In this document: one piece after another, positions 26,360-36,127 of the stretch
Layout of the letters: the number at the start of each line of letters is the position of its first letter
Numbering within the stretch: the stretch's first letter is position 1
IMG/VR virus record: IMGVR_UViG_3300032265_000046
Coordinates: 1 to 51,601 of that record
Length of the DNA stretch: 51,601 nt
From: a virus
Taxonomy: Duplodnaviria; Caudoviricetes
Strand: one strand, 5' to 3'
Translations under genes and position numbers: made by a program
The notes under the pieces: model-generated
Told to the model about the DNA's origin: nothing
Databases searched by the model: none
The model's input: only the letters and a program-made list of their open reading frames with translations

Positions 26360-28633
26360 TTAACTTCCGTATGGGCGAACGTCGCCAAAGTCTGCACTGA
26401 GCAAAACCTTACCCATTTGGTAAGTTCCACCTTGTACATTGCTGTTAAATCGTAATCTCAATTCTCTGCGTTGCTCACGCATATCTACCTTGCCAGTGTC
26501 TGGGTCAAAATAGTATGGGTCAGAAATTACATCGTCTTTTTGGGCAAATGGTCGCCCAACGACTTGCAGTGACATAACGCCAGATTGCACAAAGTCAGGT
26601 TCGACACGCTCAAGATGCAACCAGCGGTTATCGCCTATGCCACCTTGGGGAATCTGCGGGGACTGCGCTGGGCCACCACTGACCCAACCTAAATCAGATG
26701 TTTCAAAATAACTCTCAATTGCATCAGAAACTTGATCAATCACAGCGTCTGTGCCAATTTCATGTTGCCAAAGAATGATTTTATTTGGCACGCTTTGAAA
26801 GTTTGCAGACACAATTGCTGTTGCAGTTGCCGCAATTGAGAGCGTTAAAGTATTACCAGCAAATGAAACTGCGCCAGAAACTGCGCCTGAATTGACAATC
26901 GATAACGTGATAGTTGTACCCACAATACTGACAACAGTTGCGCCAGTTCCAATTCCTGTGCCAGTCACCAATTGACTTCTTAAAATTCCCGTTGCGCTTG
27001 CTACCGTAATAGTGCTTGCACCAGAACTACCCGTTGCAGTTGTTGCGGCTGAATTTGCCACAATTGCAGAAATATACGCACCTGTAGGAACTCCAGTTGC
27101 CACCACCAATTGACCGTTTGCAATTTGATTATTAATTGACATGGTCACGGTAGCGCTTGAATTTGTTGTGGCAATGTCTGCCGCAAACAGCGTTGCCTGA
27201 ATAGTTAAGTCTGCCCCAGCATTAATCGGGTAATGGAAAACTTGTGAAAAATATCCAGCCGTGCGTTGAGCGCCATCAGAAAAACCAGCGTCATACCAGC
27301 AATTTTCTCGAATGTTATAGATGATGCAGTTGTTGCATTCTTCGGAATCACCAGAGGGATAGAACCACCAAATTTCACCAAAACGCGGAACTTTTGTTGC
27401 CCATACCTTTTGACTCTGCGCATAGTTCAGATTGTCAAAAAAGTAGTTTTGGTTCATGGTGTTAGCAATTTCCTTAACCACGCCGTTGTATAGCAAGAAC
27501 CTATCAACGCCAATCCAGTAATATATTCCGTCGTACTCAATTACGCATTGCGATGACAAGATAGACGTCTGACTAGAAATAATGTCATAGCGCCAATAGA
27601 ACGTCGATGATGTTCCGCCGACGCTAATTGTTGTAGGCGTATAAGAAACTCGAATCAACGAGTCCAAAGCCCAGAACAAACCAGATGGAGCGTTAGAACC
27701 ACCTCTTACGGGTAAACCCTTGACAATCTTTGTAGAGGCAACATTGGCTTCGTTAGAGTCTGCGCTATTCCAATTGTATGGATCACCAGCGGCACAATTC
27801 TTAATCAGACCGTTGTCGCCATATACAAAAACGTATGGGTGCAAAACAACCACTCCACCAGCAACAGAAATGGTTTCTCCCGTAGGGTTTGGGCCATTGA
27901 TGTCGCGTAATGGTTGCATGGTCAAACCATCAATGTTTCCAGCCAAAACTGGGGTTGCAACGGTTTGGTCAATCTGCGCCAAGTTAAGCCCGGGGTGCGC
28001 CAACAACAACTGATTCCCAGAACCTTGAGAGTCAAAAGAAGAGTCAAACTGCCAAAGATTCAAAGCGTTTTCAGTGAACCCATCGTCAATTGTTGCCACT
28101 TTAATCGAGAATCCGCTACCAGTGCCACCAATACTCGCCGCAGTTGCGCTTAGGGTATCGCCTGCGGCGTAGCCATCACCAGCCGCCGTAAGAGTCACAG
28201 TGGTCACCGTAGCGCCAGCAACCACAATGGTCGCCTTTGCACCCGTGCCAGTGCCACCAGTTAGGGTTACTGCCGTGTATGTTCCGTTGGTGTATAGCGT
28301 ACCACCCACAAGAGTGTTAAGCGTCAAAATGAAACCGTTAAAAACAAATTGGTTTACACCGCCGCCAATACCAAGGTTGTTTACGTTAAGAACCTCAAGT
28401 CCAGAACTGTATCCGTTAAAAACTTGATTTACGCCATCAGCGGAGTTAACAAAAATTCCCCGAGATATTCCATTTGCTTGTTCAGTAATGGATCGATACC
28501 CGCCTACTTTGCGCGGACGACCACGTTGAAATCTTACCCAACGACCATCGCTGTAAAAGTTTTTGTCGAAGAAAGTACCATCCCGTTGAATGCCGGGCTG
28601 GGTATCAATTGAAAAAACTTTTTTAGTCATCAA
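26360..28633 (-). CDS. Tail nozzle / packaged-DNA stabilisation protein (P22 gp10 or tubular B-like)
   Basis: WVRFQRGRPRKVGG N-terminus, FGEIWWFYP, RVEPDF C-terminal pattern; follows the adaptor genes. Confidence 0.65.
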   Translation of the reverse strand: MMTKKVFSIDTQPGIQRDGTFFDKNFYSDGRWVRFQRGRPRKVGGYRSITEQANGISRGIFVNSADGVNQVFNGYSSGLEVLNVNNLGIGGGVNQFVFNGFILTLNTLVGGTLYTNGTYTAVTLTGGTGTGAKATIVVAGATVTTVTLTAAGDGYAAGDTLSATAASIGGTGSGFSIKVATIDDGFTENALNLWQFDSSFDSQGSGNQLLLAHPGLNLAQIDQTVATPVLAGNIDGLTMQPLRDINGPNPTGETISVAGGVVVLHPYVFVYGDNGLIKNCAAGDPYNWNSADSNEANVASTKIVKGLPVRGGSNAPSGLFWALDSLIRVSYTPTTISVGGTSSTFYWRYDIISSQTSILSSQCVIEYDGIYYWIGVDRFLLYNGVVKEIANTMNQNYFFDNLNYAQSQKVWATKVPRFGEIWWFYPSGDSEECNNCIIYNIRENCWYDAGFSDGAQRTAGYFSQVFHYPINAGADLTIQATLFAADIATTNSSATVTMSINNQIANGQLVVATGVPTGAYISAIVANSAATTATGSSGASTITVASATGILRSQLVTGTGIGTGATVVSIVGTTITLSIVNSGAVSGAVSFAGNTLTLSIAATATAIVSANFQSVPNKIILWQHEIGTDAVIDQVSDAIESYFETSDLGWVSGGPAQSPQIPQGGIGDNRWLHLERVEPDFVQSGVMSLQVVGRPFAQKDDVISDPYYFDPDTGKVDMREQRRELRLRFNSNVQGGTYQMGKVLLSADFGDVRPYGS

Positions 28634-29859
28634 TAAGTCCCGCCAGCAATCCCACCAGAGAATGTTCCAGTTCCAACGACGGCAATTCCAGAAGCAGAAA
28701 CTGTTAAACGCAATGCTCCCAAAATTGCAACATTGAACTCACCCGAAGCGGCACGGTAAACGCCAGTAGTTGTTTCTGAAGAAAAATTCAAAGATGGAGC
28801 GCCAACAGAACCATTGTTCAAACTAATGCTTGATGATCCAGCCAACACCGTATTGGCGTTGTATAAGTTGACAGAGTCACAAACTAAAGTGGCTTGACTG
28901 CCAGCAGTTAAAACGGCAGTTGCCCCGCTACCAGTTGAAATGGTCAGGGTATACGCACCGCTAGTTTCGTTTAGGATGTAATAAACCTGAACAGTCGCGG
29001 GAACCACAATTGTTACATTGCCCGTCAATGTTCCAGTATATTTTTGAATGACGTTTGAAGCCTCAGCCGCTGTCAATGTGTAACTGCCAGTGGCAACAGC
29101 CTTGGATAATTGAGTGAACGCAAATTGCGTAGATTTACCCAATCCGACGGTGTAAAACTGAACACCGTTACAAACAATAATACAAGAATCAGTTGGCTGA
29201 AGAACAATTGAAGCAGACCCGTTGATTAGGTTTCCACTTGTTCCAGTAACAGTCAGAGCGCCAGTTCCACTATTGCGCACAAACATGAACCAGTTATCTC
29301 CAAGCGTAGACGCAAGGGTCAAAGTCAAAGTTCCAGCGCCACCTGTCCATATATAAGTGCTAGAACGGTCTGTATCCAGCGCGGTATAACTAGAAGAAAA
29401 AGTCGTTACAGGCTGGCTTTGGTTCAAAGTCTGACCAATAGCCAACAGCCCGTATCCAGCCAATGTAGCCGCATCTGCGCCAGAAGAGCCAATACCGTAG
29501 GCAATGATGCCCCATGTTCCCGCTGTGGTAGCGTTGGTAGTGATATATATGTATTGCGCTTGACCAGCGGCAACCGTCACGATGGTGTTTGCACCAGTAA
29601 AATCTTTAACCGTCAGAGCAACAGAGCCGACATTACGAATCAAGGCATCTTGACCAACTGAGGCTTGATTGGCAGGAGGCATCCACAACTCGTTTGCCGT
29701 GGTGGTGGTTGACACCTCCATGATTCGAGCGGCGGCATCATCAGTGGTTGTTCCATTAATAGGCCACGTCAACTGCAAATCATCTGTCAGCGTGATGCGG
29801 CTATACGATACGTCAGTTGGCTGGATGACGTTACCAGTAAAAGGGCTGTTGTAACTCAT
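28630..29859 (-). CDS. Tail/fibre-associated structural protein
   Basis: 409 aa, Thr/Gly/Ala-rich beta repeats, GSVGAPSLNF...TTGVYR. Confidence 0.6.
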   Translation of the reverse strand: MSYNSPFTGNVIQPTDVSYSRITLTDDLQLTWPINGTTTDDAAARIMEVSTTTTANELWMPPANQASVGQDALIRNVGSVALTVKDFTGANTIVTVAAGQAQYIYITTNATTAGTWGIIAYGIGSSGADAATLAGYGLLAIGQTLNQSQPVTTFSSSYTALDTDRSSTYIWTGGAGTLTLTLASTLGDNWFMFVRNSGTGALTVTGTSGNLINGSASIVLQPTDSCIIVCNGVQFYTVGLGKSTQFAFTQLSKAVATGSYTLTAAEASNVIQKYTGTLTGNVTIVVPATVQVYYILNETSGAYTLTISTGSGATAVLTAGSQATLVCDSVNLYNANTVLAGSSSISLNNGSVGAPSLNFSSETTTGVYRAASGEFNVAILGALRLTVSASGIAVVGTGTFSGGIAGGTY

Positions 29860-30494
29860 TATGTGTCCACCGCTACGGCTTGACGATCAGCCAATCTCAA
29901 TTTATCTTCCGCCATCAAGGTTTGCATGATGAGGTCATAGTTTTGTTGCCACATACCCATGCGCTCATCATTCTTGAGGAACGGCATAGACTGCAACAAA
30001 GACCCATACAGCAACGCTTGAGGCGCGTAAATTGTGAACCAATTCGTCTGGTTAGAAGAATCCAAAGGTTGAATGCGCTCATAGTACAGAACCTCAAATG
30101 AGTAGGTTGTAGTAGGAGTTGGTGCAACCAACCAATGGGTGTAGTCGTAGTCCGCAAAATAAGCGGGAATACCAGTCTTGGTCGCGTCAGGCCAATACTC
30201 ACGAAGGTACTCATACTTGCGCAACAAAACAGGCTGGCGCTCACCAGCCACTGAAATATTGAACGAAACTGTCTTATGCCAACGTGCTGGCTTATCAATA
30301 ACCGCTTGGTTGGAAACCATTGTGGATTCCACAACGGTTAAGTTACCTAAAAACTTAATTTGGCTGGCAATAATTTGCTCTGCCAGCATGATGAACAGAG
30401 GGATTTTCTCAAGCGTAGCGGTGTCAGTACGCTCCAGATATGACTGAATGTTTTCGACCAAGGAGTCATATGTCATTACCGAAGCAGTCGTCAC
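29859..30494 (-). CDS. Head-tail adaptor / tail tubular A-like protein
   Basis: TY..L...IQ.YLER.D......IP.FI.LAE; APTP; LLYGSL....PFLK.DER. Confidence 0.65.
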   Translation of the reverse strand: MTTASVMTYDSLVENIQSYLERTDTATLEKIPLFIMLAEQIIASQIKFLGNLTVVESTMVSNQAVIDKPARWHKTVSFNISVAGERQPVLLRKYEYLREYWPDATKTGIPAYFADYDYTHWLVAPTPTTTYSFEVLYYERIQPLDSSNQTNWFTIYAPQALLYGSLLQSMPFLKNDERMGMWQQNYDLIMQTLMAEDKLRLADRQAVAVDT

Positions 30495-30523
30495 GCTATT
30501 TCTCCAAGAATTTGGTATAGGTT

Positions 30524-30552
30524 ATTGTATTGCCTAGACCTTGTTTAGGCAA
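30524..30552 (-). promoter_or_regulatory. Putative internal promoter overlapping an inverted repeat
   Basis: TTGCCT-17 bp-TACAAT; TTGCCTA...TAGGCAA inverted repeat 30530-30552. Confidence 0.4.
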
Positions 30553-31003
30553 CTTTGGCATGGTATTGGGCTTCGGTTAAAACTCCAGCCTTGTATTTTC
30601 CTTCTGGCTTATAGATGGTTAGTTCTTGCTGACGCATCTCAGGCGCAAAGGATATGTGCATCCACCGCCCGTATTCGTGAATCATTTGGTCAAACTTGAT
30701 GTTTGCCTTTAAAACAATCTGACATAGTTCATAAGGAGTGTGAGCAGAAGAAGAGCAGTCAATAGCCCAACCATCCATGTGGCTGGACACCTTAGAACCG
30801 CCAACAGCAACATTAACATCGGGCAAGCGTAGCCAAGAATTAATACGAAGAGCGCCTGTGACATTTCGCACCTCCTCCAAACGCCCTGCCGCCACCTTCA
30901 TGTTTGCCAGTTGGCGCTCATCGGGCTGGTTATTAATCCCCAACCGTATAGCAGTTTCGCTATAAGTTGCTTCCTCAAGGGTAAAGTGCTCGCTCAGACT
31001 CAT
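30545..31003 (-). CDS. Endolysin, peptidase M15A family
   Basis: INSWLR...N.AVGGS..SSHMDGWAID...WMHISF Zn-peptidase motifs. Confidence 0.88.
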   Translation of the reverse strand: MSLSEHFTLEEATYSETAIRLGINNQPDERQLANMKVAAGRLEEVRNVTGALRINSWLRLPDVNVAVGGSKVSSHMDGWAIDCSSSAHTPYELCQIVLKANIKFDQMIHEYGRWMHISFAPEMRQQELTIYKPEGKYKAGVLTEAQYHAKVA

Positions 31004-31395
31004 TTCTTCACCTTGTCGGCTATCTTCTCAAAAGTACGACCACCAAAGTAAAACGACATCACCACCATGCCCCAATTTCCTAAGAGTTCTACATAGTTAC
31101 CCCTAGTCTCAAAATCAAACATGGAGGCAATAGCAAACCCTGTGTATGCCAATAAAAGGAATATAAGAACCATTGGGCGGATGTTTTTAGACAACCAAGA
31201 GTCAGAACCCATGTCCGCTTTGAGGCGCTCTGTAAGTTCGTGTGTCTCAGCCACGTCAGCGTTAAGTTTTGCTAACTCGCCATTTTGTTGCATCTCAAGT
31301 AACTTGAGTTTGGCTTGTTCCGCCTGTGCTGGGTCAGGAAATACTTTGTCAAGTATCTTTCCACCAATATCTAAAAGTGCGCCAATAGGTATCAT
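31000..31395 (-). CDS. Holin (3TM/GTA-type)
   Basis: SDSWLSKNIRP, hydrophobic helices, FYFGGR; adjacent to the endolysin. Confidence 0.8.
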   Translation of the reverse strand: MIPIGALLDIGGKILDKVFPDPAQAEQAKLKLLEMQQNGELAKLNADVAETHELTERLKADMGSDSWLSKNIRPMVLIFLLLAYTGFAIASMFDFETRGNYVELLGNWGMVVMSFYFGGRTFEKIADKVKK

Positions 31396-31568
31396 TTTTG
31401 TTCCTTTAGTTCACGTTTCAATTTACGCAATTCTTTAATTTCTTGTTTTAATTGCGCTTTCATGTATAGGGTTTCCACATATGCCATCGAGGTTGCTCCC
31501 ACAATTACGCATATTGCTACTCCTATCAATATCCACCAGACAAGTTTTGTAGTTCCCACATGATCCAC
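31392..31568 (-). CDS. Small TM plus coiled-coil protein (not in ORF track; GTG start uncertain)
   Basis: ...LVWWILIGVAICVIVGATS...LKQEIKELRKLKRELKEQK; ATGA overlap with the holin. Confidence 0.55.
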   Translation of the reverse strand: MDHVGTTKLVWWILIGVAICVIVGATSMAYVETLYMKAQLKQEIKELRKLKRELKEQK

Positions 31569-32233
31569 CCAAAGAATGAAGATATAACCACCACGGCGAC
31601 CACCCCACTTGTTAACTCAATAAATCGAATTTCTTCTTGCTCCTTCTTCCATCTAGCCAGCCTAGCCCTACGAATCATTTCTGACTTAGCCCACTCTTGT
31701 TCACGTTCAATCTTGGCGTGCATTTTGAGAAATCGGCTATACAAATCCTTTAGTTCAGAAGGCGCATACACCATTGCCTCCCTCGTCTGCTCCATCATCT
31801 TTTCCATCTGCAACTCAATAAGCACCCTCTCCGTTGCTTTCTTTGAGGTGTTTTGCTCAGGGTTGTACTTGGTCTTTGATTCTTCTTCTAGTTCAAGGTA
31901 ATGGTTGTTAATCTGTTGTTGCGCGTCAAACAAAACTCCGAGGCTTGTACCAATATCGTTGATAAGTTTGGTTTCAAACTCTTCGTAAGATTGTTGGGCT
32001 TTGGCAATTTTCTTTTGCGCCACAGGCTTGGGCGGGGCTGTTTTGTCGGATAACTTAAAAAATCCAAGGAACCAGTCCCAGACACCCCTAATAGTTTTGA
32101 CATCATCAATTGCCTGCTCAACTGTCTTCTTAGCAGATTCGACCGCCATACGACCATCGTGAAGGAGCGCGACCCCCTGTTTGATAACTCCAAAAGCGGT
32201 TTGCGCGGCAAGTAAGATGCTGAAGGGGTCAAT
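31526..32233 (-). CDS. Coiled-coil protein with C-terminal TM; probable ATT start
   Basis: Frame is open 28 codons upstream of Met 32149 (IDPFSILLAAQ...) with no canonical start. Confidence 0.6.
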   Translation of the reverse strand: MDPFSILLAAQTAFGVIKQGVALLHDGRMAVESAKKTVEQAIDDVKTIRGVWDWFLGFFKLSDKTAPPKPVAQKKIAKAQQSYEEFETKLINDIGTSLGVLFDAQQQINNHYLELEEESKTKYNPEQNTSKKATERVLIELQMEKMMEQTREAMVYAPSELKDLYSRFLKMHAKIEREQEWAKSEMIRRARLARWKKEQEEIRFIELTSGVVAVVVISSFFGWIMWELQNLSGGY

Positions 32234-32242
32234 GTCGCACCC

Positions 32243-32458
32243 CTATCGAATAATAAGTTTCATCAAAAGCGCAGAGACCGAATCAGTTCCTAAAAGAGTT
32301 ATTGCAACAATTAAATACAAAATGTACTCAATACGTTGCATTCTCTTAGAACCGTCGTCAAAACGCTTTTGTATGCCCTCATAACGGGACGCACAAATTG
32401 CTTCGTGAACCGCGAGGCGCTTGTCAGTCTCCGTGGCTAGTTCGTGAGTGTCAGACAT
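32243..32458 (-). CDS. Small XhlA-like membrane protein
   Basis: LAVHEAICASRY..I..R...GSKRM.RIE plus C-terminal TM. Confidence 0.6.
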   Translation of the reverse strand: MSDTHELATETDKRLAVHEAICASRYEGIQKRFDDGSKRMQRIEYILYLIVAITLLGTDSVSALLMKLIIR

Positions 32459-32600
32459 TACCTTGATCTTCAGTTGGCACAACAGGAGGCTTTGCCGCAT
32501 CCTGAATTGCTTGAATTAGGCTAAATACTTCTTGATAAGGACGTGTGCCAAGATAACCAAGGACTTGGTTTACTGTTTCAATTGGAAGTTGTAGGTTCAT
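32451..32600 (-). CDS. Small hypothetical protein
   Basis: MNLQLPIETVNQVLGYLGTRPYQEV..LI..IQ. Confidence 0.65.
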   Translation of the reverse strand: MNLQLPIETVNQVLGYLGTRPYQEVFSLIQAIQDAAKPPVVPTEDQGNV

Positions 32601-32770
32601 GTCAATGCCTGAATTTGTGCTTGAAGTGCTTGAAGTTGAGCCAACAACTCTTCTTTTGTTAGCGTAGGCGTTGTTGGTGGCACATATGCCGCTTCCATAG
32701 CATCCCATGCCGCTTCTTCTTCAGCGGTAAAAGGAACATCGCCTTTATCTGTTGAGTGGAATCGTGCCAT
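32597..32770 (-). CDS. Small fibre-associated protein, paralog of 36401..36583 (not in ORF track)
   Basis: MARFHSTDKGDVPFTAEEEAAW...TKEELLAQLQALQAQIQALT; AAGGA SD. Confidence 0.75.
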   Translation of the reverse strand: MARFHSTDKGDVPFTAEEEAAWDAMEAAYVPPTTPTLTKEELLAQLQALQAQIQALT

Positions 32771-32779
32771 AGTATTTCC

Positions 32780-33610
32780 TTATGAATTAGCAAAAGCGTA
32801 AAGACGCATATTTCCGTTTCTAATTACCCTACCTGAACAAGATATACGAATGCCAGAAACAGCAGATATATCATCTAATATTCCGCCACCACCATTTATT
32901 TGAGAGGCTCCGACAGAGTTTACATTTGCTGGCGCTGACCCTTGCCAACTAAATGTTTTGTAATTTGTTGTACTTGTTGCATTTATAAGCGTCATTGCAA
33001 TAGTCCCTGCTTTTGAACCATCACTTGACCCCCCAAGGTCACTGCACATATTGATAGATGATGCGGCATATACATTACGAGTAACCTCAGTTGTACCATC
33101 GGATGAGTCCCGTCTATTAAAATAACCTATGCTTGTGTCATAAGTTCCATTTAATGCAATCTCTACACTTATGCTTCCTTGAGATTCTTGACACGCGATA
33201 TTAAACAACAAAAGATAATTTGCATAAGTGCTTGAAAAGCCGGAGGTAAGCGCCATCGTAGAAGCGCCCGGCGTTGCTACGGTACTACCAACAAAAATTA
33301 ATGCACCAGCACTTGGCGTTGTCCAAGTCGGTATTCCTGTACCCGCACTAGTTAATACTTGACCAGAAGTACCAGCCGCTGAAAAGCCTGTTGCTCCAGA
33401 ACCAGATTGATATGGAACTGCGCCAGCCACACCACCCGCAAGGTTTGTCGATGTACCAGTTGTAATTCCAGACAACGAAGTTGCACCCGTACCGCCAGAA
33501 GCAACAGGCAGTGGGGTAGTCAGCGTTGTAGTTCCAGCAACACTCAAGTTACCCGTGTTTGTCTCGCCGGGGGTTGTTATCCCCGCTGACCCATCAATTA
33601 TTACTGTCAT
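32780..33610 (-). CDS. Tail fibre/receptor-binding-like protein
   Basis: PVASGGTG and GTSGQVLTS.G...PTW fibre motifs; beta-rich C-terminal domain. Confidence 0.7.
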   Translation of the reverse strand: MTVIIDGSAGITTPGETNTGNLSVAGTTTLTTPLPVASGGTGATSLSGITTGTSTNLAGGVAGAVPYQSGSGATGFSAAGTSGQVLTSAGTGIPTWTTPSAGALIFVGSTVATPGASTMALTSGFSSTYANYLLLFNIACQESQGSISVEIALNGTYDTSIGYFNRRDSSDGTTEVTRNVYAASSINMCSDLGGSSDGSKAGTIAMTLINATSTTNYKTFSWQGSAPANVNSVGASQINGGGGILDDISAVSGIRISCSGRVIRNGNMRLYAFANS

Positions 33611-33929
33611 TTTTTACTCCGTTTGGAATCATGTCTGGAGAAATAATCTCACCATCAAGGTCTCGATGCGCATGGATACAGAAAGCCACTGTGTTGTCTT
33701 CTAAAGCCATCAACTCGTGCATCACATCTTTGTGAATCCAAATCATGTGAGGCGCTTTGTAGTCGGTTGTTGCGCCGTCTACATTGACACGCAATGAACC
33801 AGCCGCCAAAAGCGTCAGGTGGTCAAACTGATGGGTATGACCTTGCTCTACATCGCCAGCACGCACAAAATGCATCTGACGACTGTAGAGGTTCTTAACG
33901 CTACCAAGTTTGATTTCAGGCTCGTTCAT
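33594..33929 (-). CDS. Cupin-fold protein
   Basis: GHTHQFDH..LLAAG....V.G....YKAP..I.I.KD..H cupin motifs. Confidence 0.75.
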   Translation of the reverse strand: MNEPEIKLGSVKNLYSRQMHFVRAGDVEQGHTHQFDHLTLLAAGSLRVNVDGATTDYKAPHMIWIHKDVMHELMALEDNTVAFCIHAHRDLDGEIISPDMIPNGVKNDSNN

Positions 33930-34357
33930 TAAACACCTGAGACTGGAATGGTGTCACCACTAGTTTGAGCCAAGATTGCAGTAGCAGAAGCCTGAGATAC
34001 GTCACCAGACGCAACAAGCATATCTAACACTTCTTGGACTTTGGCGCGATAACTTTGACCAAGCAATTCCACCTTAGCGGTTTTGATCTCATCGCTTTTG
34101 TCGTTGTCCCACTTGACGCGCTCGGCAAGAGTTAAGCCTTTGCGAACATCATCAGCAGTCCAAGAAACAGGCAATGGTGTTGGCTCAGGTATTACTGGCT
34201 TAACCAGAGCACCATTCACCCACCCGTCGCCATTTACTGCGTCATCTGGAACTTGTGTTGTGTAAAGTGCGGCAACATCTGGATGGTAATGCTCGGTAGG
34301 TTCACCACCTTGGCAAATGTCACGAACTTTATTGTCTTCAATCCATGCGTATTTCAT
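33929..34357 (-). CDS. Fibre-associated hypothetical protein
   Basis: 142 aa, follows the Gly-rich gene. Confidence 0.65.
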   Translation of the reverse strand: MKYAWIEDNKVRDICQGGEPTEHYHPDVAALYTTQVPDDAVNGDGWVNGALVKPVIPEPTPLPVSWTADDVRKGLTLAERVKWDNDKSDEIKTAKVELLGQSYRAKVQEVLDMLVASGDVSQASATAILAQTSGDTIPVSGV

Positions 34358-34359
34358 TT

Positions 34360-35631
34360 TTAATATCCTTCGGTGTAATAAAGAACAACAGCGCCATCGC
34401 CACCACTTCCACTACGACAATAAGTACTAGCGCTACTATCTGCGCAATTTCCGCCGCCGCCACCACCTCCGTTGCCACCATTGCCACCATAGCCAACATA
34501 ACTAGCGGAAGTGGTACGCCCACCACCACCTCCGCCACCAAAACCACCATTACCGCCAAATGCTGTACTAGAAGATGCGCTATAAGCACCGCCACCACCC
34601 CCGCCAAATCCACCGCTACCCCCATATGCAGTTGCTGATGAATAACCATAACAGCCACCACCACCACCACCATTACCACCATTACCGCCAGAGCCCGGTT
34701 GGTAGTATGTGTTCATACAACCACCCCCTCCGCCATCAAGATTACCCCAGTATGCTAAAAAGGCACTTCCGCTTGTTGAGCCAACACTACTTGTAGATTG
34801 GAATGCGTAATTTGTAGTGCTATAAATAAGAACATAGCCAGCAGTACCACCGTTTGATCCACCACCATTCTTTGAACCTTGACCTGTAGCCCCTCCGCCA
34901 CCACTACCATAAGAGTTAAATGTATTTTGCGCGGCACTTTGTAATCCGCCACCACCAGAGCCATAACCGTTTCCGCCATTTCCCCCAAATCCACCACCAC
35001 CAAGACCAGCATATGTACCTGTTGTACTACTAGTTACAAACCCATTACCACCTGTTCCATAAATTGAACCTGCACCACCTCCACCGCTTCCTCCTGTGTA
35101 TGAATAACTAGTACTGTGATAACCACCAACGCCACCAGTGGCTGTGTAGTATTGACGTAATGAAGTAGAAGCAGTACCCGAACCACCAGTTCCTGCGGAT
35201 GTAGTATTGTTAACACCACCAGTGCCACCTGTAGCACTTAATAATGTTCCGTAAGAAGATGTGCCTCCAGCATTACCTGAAGCATTTCCAATAACTGACG
35301 CACCGCCAGCACCAACAGTTATTGTGGATAAAATTTGCCCCGGTACTACGTCAATAATTCCTTGAGCGTAGCCTCCACCAGAACCACCCAAAGCGTAATT
35401 ACTATTGTAAGTAGACCCAGATGATCCAGAACCACCTGCACCCCAAACGCAAACCATAATTTGATATACGTTTTGTGGAACAACAAAAGGACTAGTAAAC
35501 GTACCAGCAGTTAAAAACGCACGATAGTTTACCCATTTAGGAGGTGCTAAACGAGTCGCAGTATTAGGTGGCAATGGTGTGCCATATGTGCCTTTATTTA
35601 GGGCTGATCTGTTTTCATTACCGAATGACAT
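34360..35631 (-). CDS. Glycine-rich tail fibre-like protein
   Basis: F.VP..V..I.V..WGAGG start and repeated GGxGGxGGGGGG (polyglycine-II type). Confidence 0.7.
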   Translation of the reverse strand: MSFGNENRSALNKGTYGTPLPPNTATRLAPPKWVNYRAFLTAGTFTSPFVVPQNVYQIMVCVWGAGGSGSSGSTYNSNYALGGSGGGYAQGIIDVVPGQILSTITVGAGGASVIGNASGNAGGTSSYGTLLSATGGTGGVNNTTSAGTGGSGTASTSLRQYYTATGGVGGYHSTSYSYTGGSGGGGAGSIYGTGGNGFVTSSTTGTYAGLGGGGFGGNGGNGYGSGGGGLQSAAQNTFNSYGSGGGGATGQGSKNGGGSNGGTAGYVLIYSTTNYAFQSTSSVGSTSGSAFLAYWGNLDGGGGGCMNTYYQPGSGGNGGNGGGGGGCYGYSSATAYGGSGGFGGGGGGAYSASSSTAFGGNGGFGGGGGGGRTTSASYVGYGGNGGNGGGGGGGNCADSSASTYCRSGSGGDGAVVLYYTEGY

Positions 35632-35632
35632 A

Positions 35633-36127
35633 TTAGTAATCTCCGCCTTGTACTGTTACTAGAACACCGATGTTTGTGCCACCAGCCGCGACTGTTGTAC
35701 CTGCATAAATTTTGTATCCAGCAGGCAAACTGATACCGCCAGCCATCGGACTGTTTGTCATTGCGCTATAAGAAGGCAATGTTGATGTATCCAATGCAGT
35801 CACCGCAGTAGCAGGAATTGCCACATCCCAAGGTGTTAGTTGGTTGTTAGTTGCTGTGGTGTTTGCTGAACCGTTGTTGATCCAAAAGCGAACCAAGGTA
35901 GCCGCGCTTGTACCAGAGGCTGTTGCGCCATTAGTACTTGTCAGACGTACAGTAACTGTGTCTACGCGAGAACCGTTAGAGCCTGCTGTATACACCAATG
36001 CCAAAGCAGTGCCAGCAGTGTCAGTGCCGTCAAATGCCTTTGTATTGGTTAATGCTGTGCTTAGGACAGCATTTTGTACGCCCAAATTGGGCGTTAACGG
36101 GAAAATTGGTGAAGTATTAGCCGCCAT
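35633..36127 (-). CDS. Tail-associated structural protein
   Basis: MAANTSPIF...GSR.....GGDY. Confidence 0.6.
   Translation of the reverse strand: MAANTSPIFPLTPNLGVQNAVLSTALTNTKAFDGTDTAGTALALVYTAGSNGSRVDTVTVRLTSTNGATASGTSAATLVRFWINNGSANTTATNNQLTPWDVAIPATAVTALDTSTLPSYSAMTNSPMAGGISLPAGYKIYAGTTVAAGGTNIGVLVTVQGGDY

Noticed and set aside
31392-31568. Spanin call
   Set aside because: TM plus coiled coil fits an i-spanin loosely, but it is short and no lipobox-bearing o-spanin was found.
34360-35631. GG-motif signal in the glycine-rich fibre
   Set aside because: The GG runs here are structural polyglycine repeats and were excluded from the motif count.
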